A stretch of 64,000 nucleotides of DNA from an uncultured Nitrospinota bacterium (GTDB lineage: Bacteria > Tectomicrobia > Entotheonellia > J063 > CAVPRW01), in assembly GCA_963707985.1 (NCBI GenBank), contig CAVPRW010000045.1, forward strand, positions 160,001-224,000, in the 5' to 3' direction. Every line of letters begins with the position of its first letter. The stretch's first letter is position 1. Position numbers and translations under genes: made by a program. The notes under the pieces are model-generated. The model did not search any database, had not been told where the DNA came from, and was given only the letters and a program-made list of their open reading frames with translations. Positions 50,255 through 60,639 of this stretch are shown piece after piece.

Positions 50255-51788
50255 GCTGTTCCCTTCTATCGCTTAAAGGCACAGCAGCGGCGCCAGCGGC
50301 TATGGTTAGGTGGCCATGAATCGACTGCTCCTGCTCATGGCCATGCACAGGTAGCAGGAGGATGAACGTCGAACCGTGACCCAACTGGCTCTCTACCCAA
50401 AGCCTACCTCCATGCGCTGCAACAATATGTCGCGCAATGGCCAGGCCTAGTCCAGTACCCCGTTCCTGTTGGCTTTGATGGTGGGGGCTTTGGTAAAATT
50501 TTCTGAAGATTCGTTCGATTTCTTCAGAGGGAATCCCTACGCCTGTGTCGGAGACGCGGACCTCAACCCAGCGGTCTTCGCCTCTCTCACCCTCCTTTCC
50601 CCGGAACGAGGCGGCCACCCGGACGATGCCCCCTTCTGGGGTAAATTTCGTCGCATTATTCAGTAAATTGTCTAGCACTTGTTGCATCCGCGCCTCGTCC
50701 AGGAAAAGCGAGGGCAAGGCGGTAGGACACAGGACTTCTAGGCGAATCCCCTTACGTCGAGCGGTGAGCTGGACGGTTTGGACGCTCCTCTCCAGCAGGG
50801 CTGATAAATCGCTCGGTACCCGAACGTATTCCATCATTCCTGCTTCCATCTTCGAGAAGTCAAGTATGGACGAGAGAAACTGATACAGTCGCTCGCTATG
50901 GCTACGCACCACATTGACGATTTCGCGCTGAGAGGTCGTCAGCGGGCCGGGGATCTCCTCCCAGAGCAGGTCCATACCCTCGCGCATGGCGGTCAAGGGT
51001 GTGCGCAGTTCGTGTGAGATGTGGGCGATAAAATCCTCCTTCATCTCATCGAGCTTTGCCAATCGTGAGGCCATCCAGTTGAAGGCACGGGAGAGTTCAC
51101 CCACCTCCTCAGGAGACCGGAGGTCCAGGTAGCGTTGGAATTCTCCCTTTCCGACCAAGCGCAGCTCGTGCGCGAGCTGCTTGAGCGGTCGACTGATGCT
51201 GCGCGCATGGAGGTAGGCGAGAAGAACTGCAAGGCCGATGCTCCCGAACGTCAACCCCCTGACTGCACGTGCAGCCAGGGCTGATTGATCTCGGGCCGCT
51301 GCCATCTTCTTCGCCATGGTTTCCTCGCGGAGTCGTAGCAACTCATGGATGCTGGCTGTCATCCCGTCGTACAATTCAGCGCGGTCAGCACTCGCGGCGG
51401 GTTTGCGCAGGGCCGATGGGTCAGTACTGGCGACATACAAGACATGGAGATCGCGAATCTGCCTCAGTAGATCTTGCTCATGAGGGCTGGTAGCCAATGC
51501 GGAGATTTTTCCCACGCTCGCTACAAAAGTCTGGTTCCCTTCGATGAACTGGTTATAATAAATTTTGTCCTGGAAGAGCGCAAACTTCTCTAGGCTCCGC
51601 ATCTGTGCGAGGAGGATGCGTAGGAGGCGCTTTTCCTCCTCAATACACGCTGCGTCAATGGACAGGATCCCCTGGCTCAGATTGGTGAGTTCTTGAAGCT
51701 GGGACAGAGTATAGACATTGACCACGACGATCAAGACGATGAGGGAGACTTGCGCGAGAATAATGCGCCAGAAAATGGTCAAACGCAC
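50247..51788 (-). CDS. glrK: Membrane sensor histidine kinase, GlrK (QseE)-like
   Basis: Two TMs, HAMP (ISRPLKQL...EVGELSRAFNWM), FIAHISHELRTPL, NATKF, DTGVGI, GTGLGL. Confidence 0.78.
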   Translation of the reverse strand: MRLTIFWRIILAQVSLIVLIVVVNVYTLSQLQELTNLSQGILSIDAACIEEEKRLLRILLAQMRSLEKFALFQDKIYYNQFIEGNQTFVASVGKISALATSPHEQDLLRQIRDLHVLYVASTDPSALRKPAASADRAELYDGMTASIHELLRLREETMAKKMAAARDQSALAARAVRGLTFGSIGLAVLLAYLHARSISRPLKQLAHELRLVGKGEFQRYLDLRSPEEVGELSRAFNWMASRLAKLDEMKEDFIAHISHELRTPLTAMREGMDLLWEEIPGPLTTSQREIVNVVRSHSERLYQFLSSILDFSKMEAGMMEYVRVPSDLSALLERSVQTVQLTARRKGIRLEVLCPTALPSLFLDEARMQQVLDNLLNNATKFTPEGGIVRVAASFRGKEGERGEDRWVEVRVSDTGVGIPSEEIERIFRKFYQSPHHQSQQERGTGLGLAIARHIVAAHGGRLWVESQLGHGSTFILLLPVHGHEQEQSIHGHLTIAAGAAAVPLSDRREQHV

Positions 51789-51888
51789 AGGTCTCTCCTC
51801 AAAAGCTTGCTCCAAACCTCATCTCTTCAAAACCCATGAAGGGTTTTATGCTGCGATTGCCCTGATCCACGCTAGGGAAAGTCTCTAG

Positions 51889-51916
51889 AGTATAGATTCT
51901 TCACCCCTGCTGTCAA
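51889..51916 (-). promoter_or_regulatory. Sigma-70 promoter of the glrK-like operon
   Basis: Minus strand TTGACA-N16-TATACT. Confidence 0.6.
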
Positions 51917-52112
51917 TGTGATGGTTTATGGAGCTGAGTATGATACGATGCGACAGCTAATCGGTGCTGGCCGCAAAAGGCTGTCCGAGACAATCGCCAC
52001 GGGGTAGCACGTCACCGGAGGGGCCTGGGGGATAAGCATCGACGCATGCTGGCGCGTGCAGACGACCATGTAAGTCGAGCGAGCCAGGAGGTCATAGAGG
52101 AGGAGTAGCGCC

Positions 52113-52739
52113 ATGCGGTTCTTTGGTTTCGGAAGAAAGCCCGTTGCCGATTCGGCTCGCCCACCAGTGACGCCATCGGAGCGGGAGGAATACTCCCCGC
52201 AAGTCCCCGCTTCCCGTGACATCATCGTCTACGGCACGAGCGATGGGGTACGCTGCCGTCAGGTGCGAGATTTGCTAGAAAAACGTGCTTATCCCTACCA
52301 GGATGTGCGGGTCGATGAGGACTTGAGCACGCGATCTTGGTTGCAGCGTACCACGGGGGACGATGCTCTTCCGAAAGTCTTCATTGGGCCGAAATGCTAC
52401 GGTGGCCTCGAGAATATCCAGGTCCTAGTGTTCGATGGCAGATTCGACCGTATCCTGCGCGGCGAAGCCGACCAGGACAACGCGAGCGACGCAATGGCCG
52501 CGTTGAAGGCGGAGATGAATGCCGGTTCCATCTTGAGCCTCCTGCGTCAGGGGGAAATCCTGACGCTTACTGAGGGTGACATGGCGACAGATGTTTGGGC
52601 AGAGCCTTTGGCGAACCCGCCGCTGGTCTACTACGAAGGCACCCCGCATCCTATCGGCGAACTCGAGAGCATCGTGGCTCAGATCATAACGCGTCTACGG
52701 GCGGGTGACGTCGAGGTGAGTTGGAAGGAAGACTCGTGA
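52113..52739 (+). CDS. Glutaredoxin-like domain protein with unknown C-terminal domain
   Basis: IIVYGT..GVRC...LL, LPKVFIG...GG; strong SD GAGGAGG. Confidence 0.72.
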   Translation: MRFFGFGRKPVADSARPPVTPSEREEYSPQVPASRDIIVYGTSDGVRCRQVRDLLEKRAYPYQDVRVDEDLSTRSWLQRTTGDDALPKVFIGPKCYGGLENIQVLVFDGRFDRILRGEADQDNASDAMAALKAEMNAGSILSLLRQGEILTLTEGDMATDVWAEPLANPPLVYYEGTPHPIGELESIVAQIITRLRAGDVEVSWKEDS

Positions 52740-52788
52740 TGCGGTACATGCATGGTGTCGAAAAGGGATTTCCTACACACATGGGCTC

Positions 52789-52827
52789 CCGCCTCTCTCC
52801 TCACCACACCAGAGAGGACAGAGGCGG
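52789..52827. terminator. Stem-loop between convergent genes
   Basis: CCGCCTCT-C-TCCTC ... GAGGA-C-AGAGGCGG. Confidence 0.5.
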
Positions 52828-52838
52828 AACCATAGGGA

Positions 52839-54683
52839 TTAGCTCACCAGGCCGTAATCCTGGATCTTCTGGTCAAATGCCTTGAAGACACGCTCCCGCA
52901 GCTCCTCCCAGAACTCGGGGGTAATAAAGTGAGGCAATTTGACGTTGGGATTTTGGTCGTACGTTCGCTCAGGCAGCACATAGTCTTCCATCGTGGTCCC
53001 CTGGCGACGCTCCAGCAGCAGGCCGCGCAGATAGGTACGCATGGTAGCGTGGACCATCATCTCCTGCGTCAGGGCCACGCCATACAGGTCACGGAAGGCT
53101 GGGACGATAGAGTCGTCAGGTGTGCCAGCGAATTTGCAGAGACCGATGAGATCATCGCGTGTGTAGTAAACGCCGCGATTGACGATGGCATCCTCCCAGT
53201 AGTCGATGTCGGTTTTTCCCTCGAAGACCAACAGTAAGAAGGTGCGCATCGACATGTGCCCGCCGGCAATGGCGAACGGATAACCCGGATTGGTTTCAGG
53301 CAGGTAGGCCGGGAGCTCCAATCCTTTGCATTCCATGGCGTAAGCCGTTTCTCCGAGGGATACAGCGAGGCGCCTGACGCCCTGACCAATCTCCGGTGCC
53401 TGCCCAGCGGCAGTCTCGCGAATGAAATGGCAGGCTTTCTCAAAGTCACCGAACGTCATGCCATCGAAGATCGGCTTGTCGGGATGCCGCGCATTGTACT
53501 CCATGATATAGCCTAGCGTTACCCCCAGGCTAATGGAGTCGAAACCCACCTGATCGACTAACTCGACGATCTCCAGGGCTTGGTGTTGATCGTAGATCCC
53601 CAAGTTGACGGTCAATAAATCGAGCGGCTCATAGTCGAATTTGGTGTAAAATTTTCCCGCCTTGCGCTTGCCATCTTCGGTAATCTCATCATAGATATTC
53701 TTATGGCAGGCAATCCCACACTGCCAGCAGGACTCATCTTTGATGACGAAATTAGGCTCAAACGCATCACGGTAGAGCGACTTCGGGCCATCCCCGCCAT
53801 CTGACCAGAAATTCTTCTCCGGCAATGCCCCAAGGGGATGTAGACCGTGAATGTTGCGCCAGGTACCACCGAGGCCATTGCCCTTGTGTGGGTCGCGATA
53901 GTTGCGCGATCCGGCCCCGCGAGCAATCTCTTTATTGGCTGCGAGCACTGCCGATGGGAGCTTGCCACGATCGAGATCCGGTGCATGTGCCACGATCGCC
54001 ATGATATTTTTGGAGCCCAGGATGCCACCCATCCCTCCGCGTCCAGCAAAGCGGGGTTTGCAATCGCGAGAACGGATCTCATTTGTCGTGCTGCAGGCGA
54101 TGGCCGCATAAAAGTTTTCCTGCCAGTGCTCCCCGCTGGGGCCGAGAGCCGCCACATGCGCACCCGAGTGACGGTTTGCAAGGGCCAAGATCTTTTCATG
54201 AGTGCTCTTGCCAAGCAGGTCACCTGCATCTTCGAGGGAGAGGACCGATCGATCACCTTCCCGACGGATCAGCAGATAGCTTGGCTTAGGCACACGTCCC
54301 ACAAAGACCACCTCATCGAGACTAGCCGCCAGCATTTTGCGTCCGAAGTCGCCGGATGCCGCCGACCACATCGGCAGAGGCATGCCGTTCTTCGCGACTT
54401 TGAGAGGGCTATAGGCGGAGAAAAAGACCCGCAGGCCAGTCATGACCTCCGTGCCGGAAAACGCGCCCAAATTCATGATCAGCGGGGCGCTTGGATCATA
54501 CGCGTCGGTGACGTGATAGTTTCCAAGCAGCTTAAAGGAACGCCCGATACCGCCCAAAAAGTCTTCCACATCCTGACAGGAAAGGTCCTCGAACACAAAT
54601 TCGCCGCGGTCAAGATGAATCGTACAGCGACGGAATTGATAATCGGTAATCTGCTTCGCTTCTTGGGTAGCCTCACACCGCAT
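52839..54683 (-). CDS. Aldehyde:ferredoxin oxidoreductase family (tungsten/molybdopterin) protein
   Basis: FLGGIG, YSPL, ALGPSGE, RFAGRGGMGGILGSKNI, CWQCGIAC, FDYE, DSISLG, KGLELPAY, GLCKF. Confidence 0.87.
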   Translation of the reverse strand: MRCEATQEAKQITDYQFRRCTIHLDRGEFVFEDLSCQDVEDFLGGIGRSFKLLGNYHVTDAYDPSAPLIMNLGAFSGTEVMTGLRVFFSAYSPLKVAKNGMPLPMWSAASGDFGRKMLAASLDEVVFVGRVPKPSYLLIRREGDRSVLSLEDAGDLLGKSTHEKILALANRHSGAHVAALGPSGEHWQENFYAAIACSTTNEIRSRDCKPRFAGRGGMGGILGSKNIMAIVAHAPDLDRGKLPSAVLAANKEIARGAGSRNYRDPHKGNGLGGTWRNIHGLHPLGALPEKNFWSDGGDGPKSLYRDAFEPNFVIKDESCWQCGIACHKNIYDEITEDGKRKAGKFYTKFDYEPLDLLTVNLGIYDQHQALEIVELVDQVGFDSISLGVTLGYIMEYNARHPDKPIFDGMTFGDFEKACHFIRETAAGQAPEIGQGVRRLAVSLGETAYAMECKGLELPAYLPETNPGYPFAIAGGHMSMRTFLLLVFEGKTDIDYWEDAIVNRGVYYTRDDLIGLCKFAGTPDDSIVPAFRDLYGVALTQEMMVHATMRTYLRGLLLERRQGTTMEDYVLPERTYDQNPNVKLPHFITPEFWEELRERVFKAFDQKIQDYGLVS

Positions 54684-54794
54684 CGGCCTATGCCCTCCCC
54701 ACTTCCGCCCAATTGCCGCGATCCGTTGCCGCTTCTTCGCCACATGGCGCGAGCGCTGGATCGGCTGATGGACGTAGATAACCCCAGGTTCATA

Positions 54795-55444
54795 TTATAC
54801 ATGAATAAGGCCAGCATGATGGCGAATGTCGGCGACCAGCGTTTTGATGACCGGGATGCTGATGAGACGCTCGGCTTCGTAGGTAGATTTTGCGACATAC
54901 ACGGTGGTCGTATGCTCGACATGTGGCGAGTGAACCTCCACCCACCCTTCATCATCGAAAGCGATGACATCGGCACCGATGGCGCGGGCGACCTGTGTAT
55001 CATGCCCGTGCGTTCCAGATGCGGTCCCGTCGGCAGGGCCATCACAGCAGACATTTCCCCAACAACCAATGAAGCTGGCTTTTCTGCCTGTACTAAAAAC
55101 CCCAGGGCCTGAACCACTCGCGGATCGGTGGTGATAGGAGGGGTTCCAGCACCGACCACGTTGGGCTTCAAGAGCGTGTGGGTACCAGCCAATTGCAACT
55201 TTTCGAGACCGCCGATCAACTCGATGGCACGCTCGACCATGGCCGGCACATTGGTCCCATGAACCATGGACACAAGGCTTTTTGAGCCGTTCTTGAAAGG
55301 ATTGCCCAGCAGCAGAGGAGGAGGAACCTGAGGCGCCTGGGGAGCAAAGAGGATCTGCCCCAGCATCTTCCGGCACGCCGGAATCGCGATCCCGCGCACG
55401 GCGAGGCCCGTGAGCGTCAGCAGTATACGACGTGTATGGATCAT
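54795..55444 (-). pseudogene. DUF362 family protein, frameshifted and truncated
   Basis: AIELIGGL, LLKPNVV, TTDPRVV, VVGE, then LISIPVIKT in another frame; homology ends abruptly. Confidence 0.7.
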
Positions 55445-55557
55445 CCGGTGATTGCCTACTTGGTACGCGCAGCTAGTGGCGTGGGTGGCATCGTTGCCAC
55501 GCTTGCCACCATGAGCCCTATGGTACTGGAGGGCAGATCGAAGCCGCCTCTGCCGGT

Positions 55558-56796
55558 TCAGCGCCTTAACGTCTCCACGGTGACGAACACCTCAGAGCTG
55601 CGGGCATTACGTGCCACGATGCGTCCATCCTTGAGCACCCAAAGCTTTTCGGCTTGCTCGGTGATGGCTTGCACGGGGTCTGCGGCATCGAGCACCACCA
55701 AATCAGCCCGACACCCCTCAGCCAATCCATAGTCCTTCAGCCCTATGGCCTTGGCAGGATTGATCGTGATGAGGTCCAGCAACCAGGCCATCTGGTCGAG
55801 ATTGCCGAGATGTGCCACCATGGCGGTCACCAGGGCTTGTCTGAGCAAATCGGGATGGCCGTAGGGGGTGAATGGGTTACCAATATTATTGGTGGAGATC
55901 GAGACATTGACCCCGGCCGTGCGCAGCTCTTCGAGGCGTGTCACACCACGCCAGGTGTGTCTGTCGGCACGGCCCTTGACATGCATTTCGGTGGCGGGGA
56001 GGCTGATGACGTGGATGCCGGCTTGTCTCATGGTGTCGATGACGCGGGCGCGATGATCTGGCTCTAGCATATCGAGGGTACACAGATGGCCGAGTGTCAC
56101 CCGTCCCTGCATGCCACGCGCGATCGTCTGCTCGGCGATGTAGTCGCAGGTGAGAGCGGACGGATCATCGCCGGAGTCGGCGTGGAAGTCGAGAGGGACG
56201 CCAGCGGCTTCCGCAGTATTGAAAAACCAGTCGATATGGCGCCGCGGGTCCCGATCCATGTAGGGGCAACCGCCCAGGATGGGGAGACCCATCTGCAACC
56301 CTTCACGCAACAATCCCTGGGTCGCATCGTCGTGAAAAATTCCCTCCTGCGCAAAGGCGATGAGCTGTAGATCAAGCACGTCGGCAAATTCGGCCTGCAC
56401 CAGCTGCAAGGCTTCCACGCCGCGCAACTCCACAAACGCATCGATCTCGACGTGCGCGCGCATGGCCGTACAGCCATGACGGATGGCGCAGAGCATGACA
56501 CGACGGGCGCGCTCGTATATATCTTCGACAGTGAATGTTTGCTTCAATCGCGCGACCAGCACCTGAGGGGTTGGTCCCTCTCGACGTAAACCAGACGTGC
56601 GATCGGCGATGAAGGCCTTATCCGGATGGATATGCGATTCGATAAAACCTGGCAGGACGAGCTTCCCCGCGATATCGAGCGTCGTCTGTGCCGGGATGGA
56701 GATCCCTGGCGCGATTTGCCGGATGCGCCCATGCTGAATGGCCAGATCTTGCTGGGTTCCCGCAATGATCCCACCCCGGAGGATCAGATCGTCCAT
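55558..56796 (-). CDS. Amidohydrolase, cytosine deaminase (CodA)-like
   Basis: PGFIESHIHPDKA, RAHVE, AFAQEG, DFHADS, TLGH, PATE, NPFTPYG, GCRADLVVLD. Confidence 0.87.
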   Translation of the reverse strand: MDDLILRGGIIAGTQQDLAIQHGRIRQIAPGISIPAQTTLDIAGKLVLPGFIESHIHPDKAFIADRTSGLRREGPTPQVLVARLKQTFTVEDIYERARRVMLCAIRHGCTAMRAHVEIDAFVELRGVEALQLVQAEFADVLDLQLIAFAQEGIFHDDATQGLLREGLQMGLPILGGCPYMDRDPRRHIDWFFNTAEAAGVPLDFHADSGDDPSALTCDYIAEQTIARGMQGRVTLGHLCTLDMLEPDHRARVIDTMRQAGIHVISLPATEMHVKGRADRHTWRGVTRLEELRTAGVNVSISTNNIGNPFTPYGHPDLLRQALVTAMVAHLGNLDQMAWLLDLITINPAKAIGLKDYGLAEGCRADLVVLDAADPVQAITEQAEKLWVLKDGRIVARNARSSEVFVTVETLRR

Positions 56797-56916
56797 GTCA
56801 TCTCCCTATGCCCCTTCATGACCTGCGCGTCCGTCGTGTTGCACAACATGGGCGAAGCGCTCTTCCTCTCAGATGCGTGCAAGCCAAAGACACGCAAGAA
56901 CTTCCTACGCTGCAGA

Positions 56917-57276
56917 TCACAACCCCACTATCACACGTGAAAGACTGCCCACCGCGGCTTGCAACTGTGGCCCAACCCGCCCCAGACGGCGGGCGTTTAT
57001 TGAACGTTCTACCGTTGCTGATTTGTGCAGTCTTAACACTGAAGTCACACGCAGACCCATCAGAGGAAACTCTGGACGGGTTATCTTAACCTTAATAAAG
57101 TAGTCGGTGGGCGCAAGAGCCCCTCGCATAACGCTGGAAATCTCTACCAGTACGAGGTCCTGACCGGTCTGGACTGGCGACCCCACTAATGCTGGACGGA
57201 GAGAGGCGCCAGTCAAATCTGTGAAGGGGAACATTGTTAAGACAATGTCACCTCGTGAGAGCGAGGTAGATATCAA
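56917..57276 (-). CDS. PemK/MazF family toxin, possibly degenerate
   Basis: RGDIVL..FPFTDL....RPALV, GLRVTSVLRLHK, LGRV. Confidence 0.75.
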   Translation of the reverse strand: MISTSLSRGDIVLTMFPFTDLTGASLRPALVGSPVQTGQDLVLVEISSVMRGALAPTDYFIKVKITRPEFPLMGLRVTSVLRLHKSATVERSINARRLGRVGPQLQAAVGSLSRVIVGL

Positions 57277-57476
57277 ACAGGCTCACCATCCTCCTGCCAA
57301 AAGTCAATCGCGCCACCTGTCTCCGCCAATCGCATGATGGGCGCAGTGGGCACATGGTCTTCCTCTACCTGAAGCTCGATGCGTTCGCTCCGCCGTGCCC
57401 GTTCCCCGAGGCACTCGAACTCATCCCGCGATAACACAGCTTTATCCCCAATCAATTATGCATGTACGGTAGTCAT
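57273..57476 (-). pseudogene. Putative antitoxin with in-frame stop
   Basis: SD + ATG at 57476, TAA at codon 7 (57456-57458), acidic C-terminus AIDFWQEDGE, overlaps toxin start. Confidence 0.5.
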
Positions 57477-57699
57477 GAGTTGTCATCCCTCATGCTTTGC
57501 CAAAACGTACCGGCTCACGGATTATGGCTGACACGGCTATAAGAGCTACACCCCCGTACGGCTGGGAAACCTGTGCCTGCCTGCTTTCGTATGCGCTGGC
57601 CATTAAACTGTTTCAGGTTTTTTTCTGTAGCAGGTCTATAAGACGGAAGCAACACGATAATCCATAACAACCCTCTACGACGGCGAGGCAACCGTTATA

Positions 57700-58540
57700 A
57701 GGCACCCTCAGTTCGACTTTATCAAACTTACAAGGCGTAGCAAACCATGTCAATGAAGTGGCCAAACAAGACATGGGTTTTTTTATCATGTCGGTCTCAT
57801 GCTGTGACGTTGAAAAATGCCTATGATCCCACAGATGCCGCCGAACCAAGTCCATCGCATCAGCACACGTAGGACAAATGTTGCCATACCAAGCCGGGAC
57901 CCGGACGATGGTGGCTTCCTTCTGGCGCAGCGGATGGGCGGTCAGCGTGACGATCGAAGAAAGGCTCAACAACGCTGGGGTGGTGCGGCCAATGGCCCGC
58001 GCATTCCACTGGCGCTGCGTCTCCAGGCCCCGATGTGGGCGCGCTTCTTCCCACGTGACTTCTAGGGTCCAACGACGGATACACCAGGTCAGGATCTGCG
58101 TCGGTGTCTGGTCCAGGTTGGTCGACAACAAGGCGTGCGGATCAAAACACTGGTTGGGATCGCGCATGAGCACCTAGCGCAGCAGCATGTGTGGCTTGCC
58201 GGAGCGATACCACACGGCACTATCGGTAGCCACTTCAGCCTCTCGGGGGGCGTCGCCATACCACTGCTCAATGGTCAGCTGGCTCCACATCGTTTCCTCG
58301 TCGGCCAACAAGGCCTCCAGGGTCGGGCGCCGGTCGCCTTTAAGCCGGGGTCGACTGAGTTGTCCTGGTTCACCTGTAGCGGGCGGAGCATCGAGAGGGC
58401 ATCGAGACGCAGCCGCCTGAGCAGACTGGCTCGGGGCACATCGCTGACCTGGTGGAGCCATTCCAGTACCGCATCACGGCTGTCCGCCACAAATACCAAG
58501 TCGCGTCTACATTGATCCACAAGAGATTGGCACAGCAAGG
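57700..58540 (-). mobile_element. Degenerate IS701-like DDE transposase remnant
   Basis: FVADS, LRLDAL, ALLST, RRWTLEVTWEEAR..GLETQRQW, TTPALL, DKVEL in broken frames with stops. Confidence 0.72.
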
Positions 58541-58552
58541 CGGTCCTATGCT

Positions 58553-58895
58553 ACACCGGATCTCATCACACATCTGCGTATCAAGGAGACCGCGCTATGC
58601 CAAGCCGCACCTTCGTACCTATTCCTCCGGAGGAGGAGGCCCAGAGGCTGGGCGTGCTGCGACGTGCACGCTACAGCTGTTGGCCGGCCTTCCATATCTT
58701 GCTGTTGCACGCCGCCGGTCGCATGCCGACGGACATTGCTGCAGGGCTCTTCTGTTCACGCTCCAGTGTGTGCCGCACTCGGCGCGCTGATCGCGCAGGG
58801 ACCCTGGGTCTGGAGCACGATGACCGGGGGTGGCTCCTCCCGCCAGTACGCACCACGATGCTGTGGCCCATGCGGCGGCGGTCGCTGGTGGCGCT
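58553..58895 (+). mobile_element. IS630-family transposase N-terminal (HTH) remnant
   Basis: LRRARY...HILLL.AAGR.PTDIAAGLFCSRSSV.R; no DDE domain follows. Confidence 0.6.
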
Positions 58896-59364
58896 GGGCA
58901 TCCTCTTTGTGCTTTCCTCGCAACGAATTGAGGATTTCAAGCAGGGTGTGCTCAAGAGCGCAGATAGCCACCTCCATCTGCGAGTCAACCACCCGTGTGG
59001 TTGGAGGCTCGCCTCCCACCTGGCAGCGGGTGGTGGAGCAGGTGACATCGCGCAGAAGCTGCCGAATCTGCACAAGTATCACGCGCTGTATCGGCGTGAG
59101 GTCTACCAGCCATTCGTCCATGTCCGACTGGCCGAGCCTTAAGGATCGGCCGTTAATCTGTAAATGCGCCTAGTATTGTGCTTGTCGCGCGCGTGCCAAG
59201 GCCAACGCAGGAGACAGCTATTGCCCCGGAGTCAGGCCCAGGTTCCCCTTTACAAACCTGAGCGCCTTTGATACAGTGAGAGCGCTCATTTTGCAGGATT
59301 TTTGGCTGGCCCGCGTCATGCGACGCACCTGGATATCCCGCCTGGTCAAGGGAGGTGACAAGAG

Positions 59365-60108
59365 ATGTCCGGTCATTCGAAGTGGAGTACCATCAAGCAT
59401 AAGAAAGCGGCCCAGGATGCCAAGCGCGGTGCCATGTTCACCAAGGTGATCAAAGAGTTGACCGTGGCCGCGCGCATGGGTGGTGGGGACGTCGATATGA
59501 ACCCACGCCTGCGGACGGCTGTTCTCAAAGCTAAGGCGGTCAATATGCCTCAGGACACGATGCAACGTGCCATCATGAAAGGCACCGGCGAGCTGCCCGG
59601 GGTTAACTATGAAGAGATCACCTATGAAGGCTATGGTCCCGGTGGCGTGGCCATGATCGTGACGGTCCTGACCGACAACCGTAATCGCACCGTGGCCGAG
59701 ATCCGAAAAATTTTCTCGAAAAGTGGCGGCAACCTCGGTGAGTCGGGCTGCGTAGCCTGGATGTTCCAAAAGAAGGGCCTGATCGTCGTCGATAAGGAGA
59801 AGGTCGACGAGGACGAGCTTTTCACCATCGCGCTCGAAGCGGGCGCCGAGGATGTCCGGCCGGCCGATGCGATGTACGAAGTCATCACCTCGGTGGAGGA
59901 CTTCGAGCCCGTTAGGCAGGGCATTACCACCAAGGGCATCGAGCCCGCCAGCTCCGAAGTCAGCCTCCTCCCACAGACCACGGTACGGCTGGAGGGCAGC
60001 CAAGCCCGGCAACTACTGAAGCTGATGGACGAGCTGGAGGAGCACGACGACGTGCAAAATGTGTATGCCAACTTCGACATCCCCGATGAGGTGATGGCTG
60101 AGGTGTAG
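59365..60108 (+). CDS. yebC: YebC/PmpR family protein
   Basis: [45 protein letters not shown]. Confidence 0.96.
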   Translation: MSGHSKWSTIKHKKAAQDAKRGAMFTKVIKELTVAARMGGGDVDMNPRLRTAVLKAKAVNMPQDTMQRAIMKGTGELPGVNYEEITYEGYGPGGVAMIVTVLTDNRNRTVAEIRKIFSKSGGNLGESGCVAWMFQKKGLIVVDKEKVDEDELFTIALEAGAEDVRPADAMYEVITSVEDFEPVRQGITTKGIEPASSEVSLLPQTTVRLEGSQARQLLKLMDELEEHDDVQNVYANFDIPDEVMAEV

Positions 60109-60111
60109 CGA

Positions 60112-60639
60112 GTGTCAGCGGCCGCAGTGGTCATTGGGATCGATCCGGGCACGCACCATACCGGATACGGCGTCATTACCGAACAGGGAGGACAGCCTGT
60201 GGCCCTCGATTGGGGAGTGATTTCGCCCCGGCCATCGCTCTCCCTCCCTGACAAATTACAGACCATCTATAGCGCTTTACAGGCATGCTTAGACACCCAT
60301 CACCCGGACGTTCTCGCCGTTGAGGAGCTCTTTTTTGCCAAGAATGTCCGTAGTGCAGTTACCTTGGCGCATGCGCGAGGTGTAGCCTTGCTGGCTGCAG
60401 CGGCGGTTGGGCTTGAGGTCATCGCCTATAGTCCCTTAGAGATTAAGCAAGCGGTTGTCGGTTATGGCCGCGCCGACAAACGTCAGGTGCAAACCATGGT
60501 ACAGGTGTTGCTGAAGATAAGCGGACCAATGCCAGCCGAAGACGCCGCAGATGCGCTGGCGATAGCGCTATGTCACCTGCATGGGGAACGCCTTCGATCG
60601 GCACTCGATCGCCCGTTGAAGAGCCGTTCGCGCTCATGA
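60112..60639 (+). CDS. ruvC: Crossover junction endodeoxyribonuclease
   Basis: IGIDPG, AVEELFF.KN, ARGV, KQAVVGYGRADK, DAADALAIALCH. Confidence 0.95.
   Translation: MSAAAVVIGIDPGTHHTGYGVITEQGGQPVALDWGVISPRPSLSLPDKLQTIYSALQACLDTHHPDVLAVEELFFAKNVRSAVTLAHARGVALLAAAAVGLEVIAYSPLEIKQAVVGYGRADKRQVQTMVQVLLKISGPMPAEDAADALAIALCHLHGERLRSALDRPLKSRSRS

Noticed and set aside
53847..55112. 421-aa plus-strand ORF and similar long antisense ORFs (28643-29584, 59218-60012)
   Set aside because: Shadow ORFs opposite well-supported genes, with no recognisable motifs
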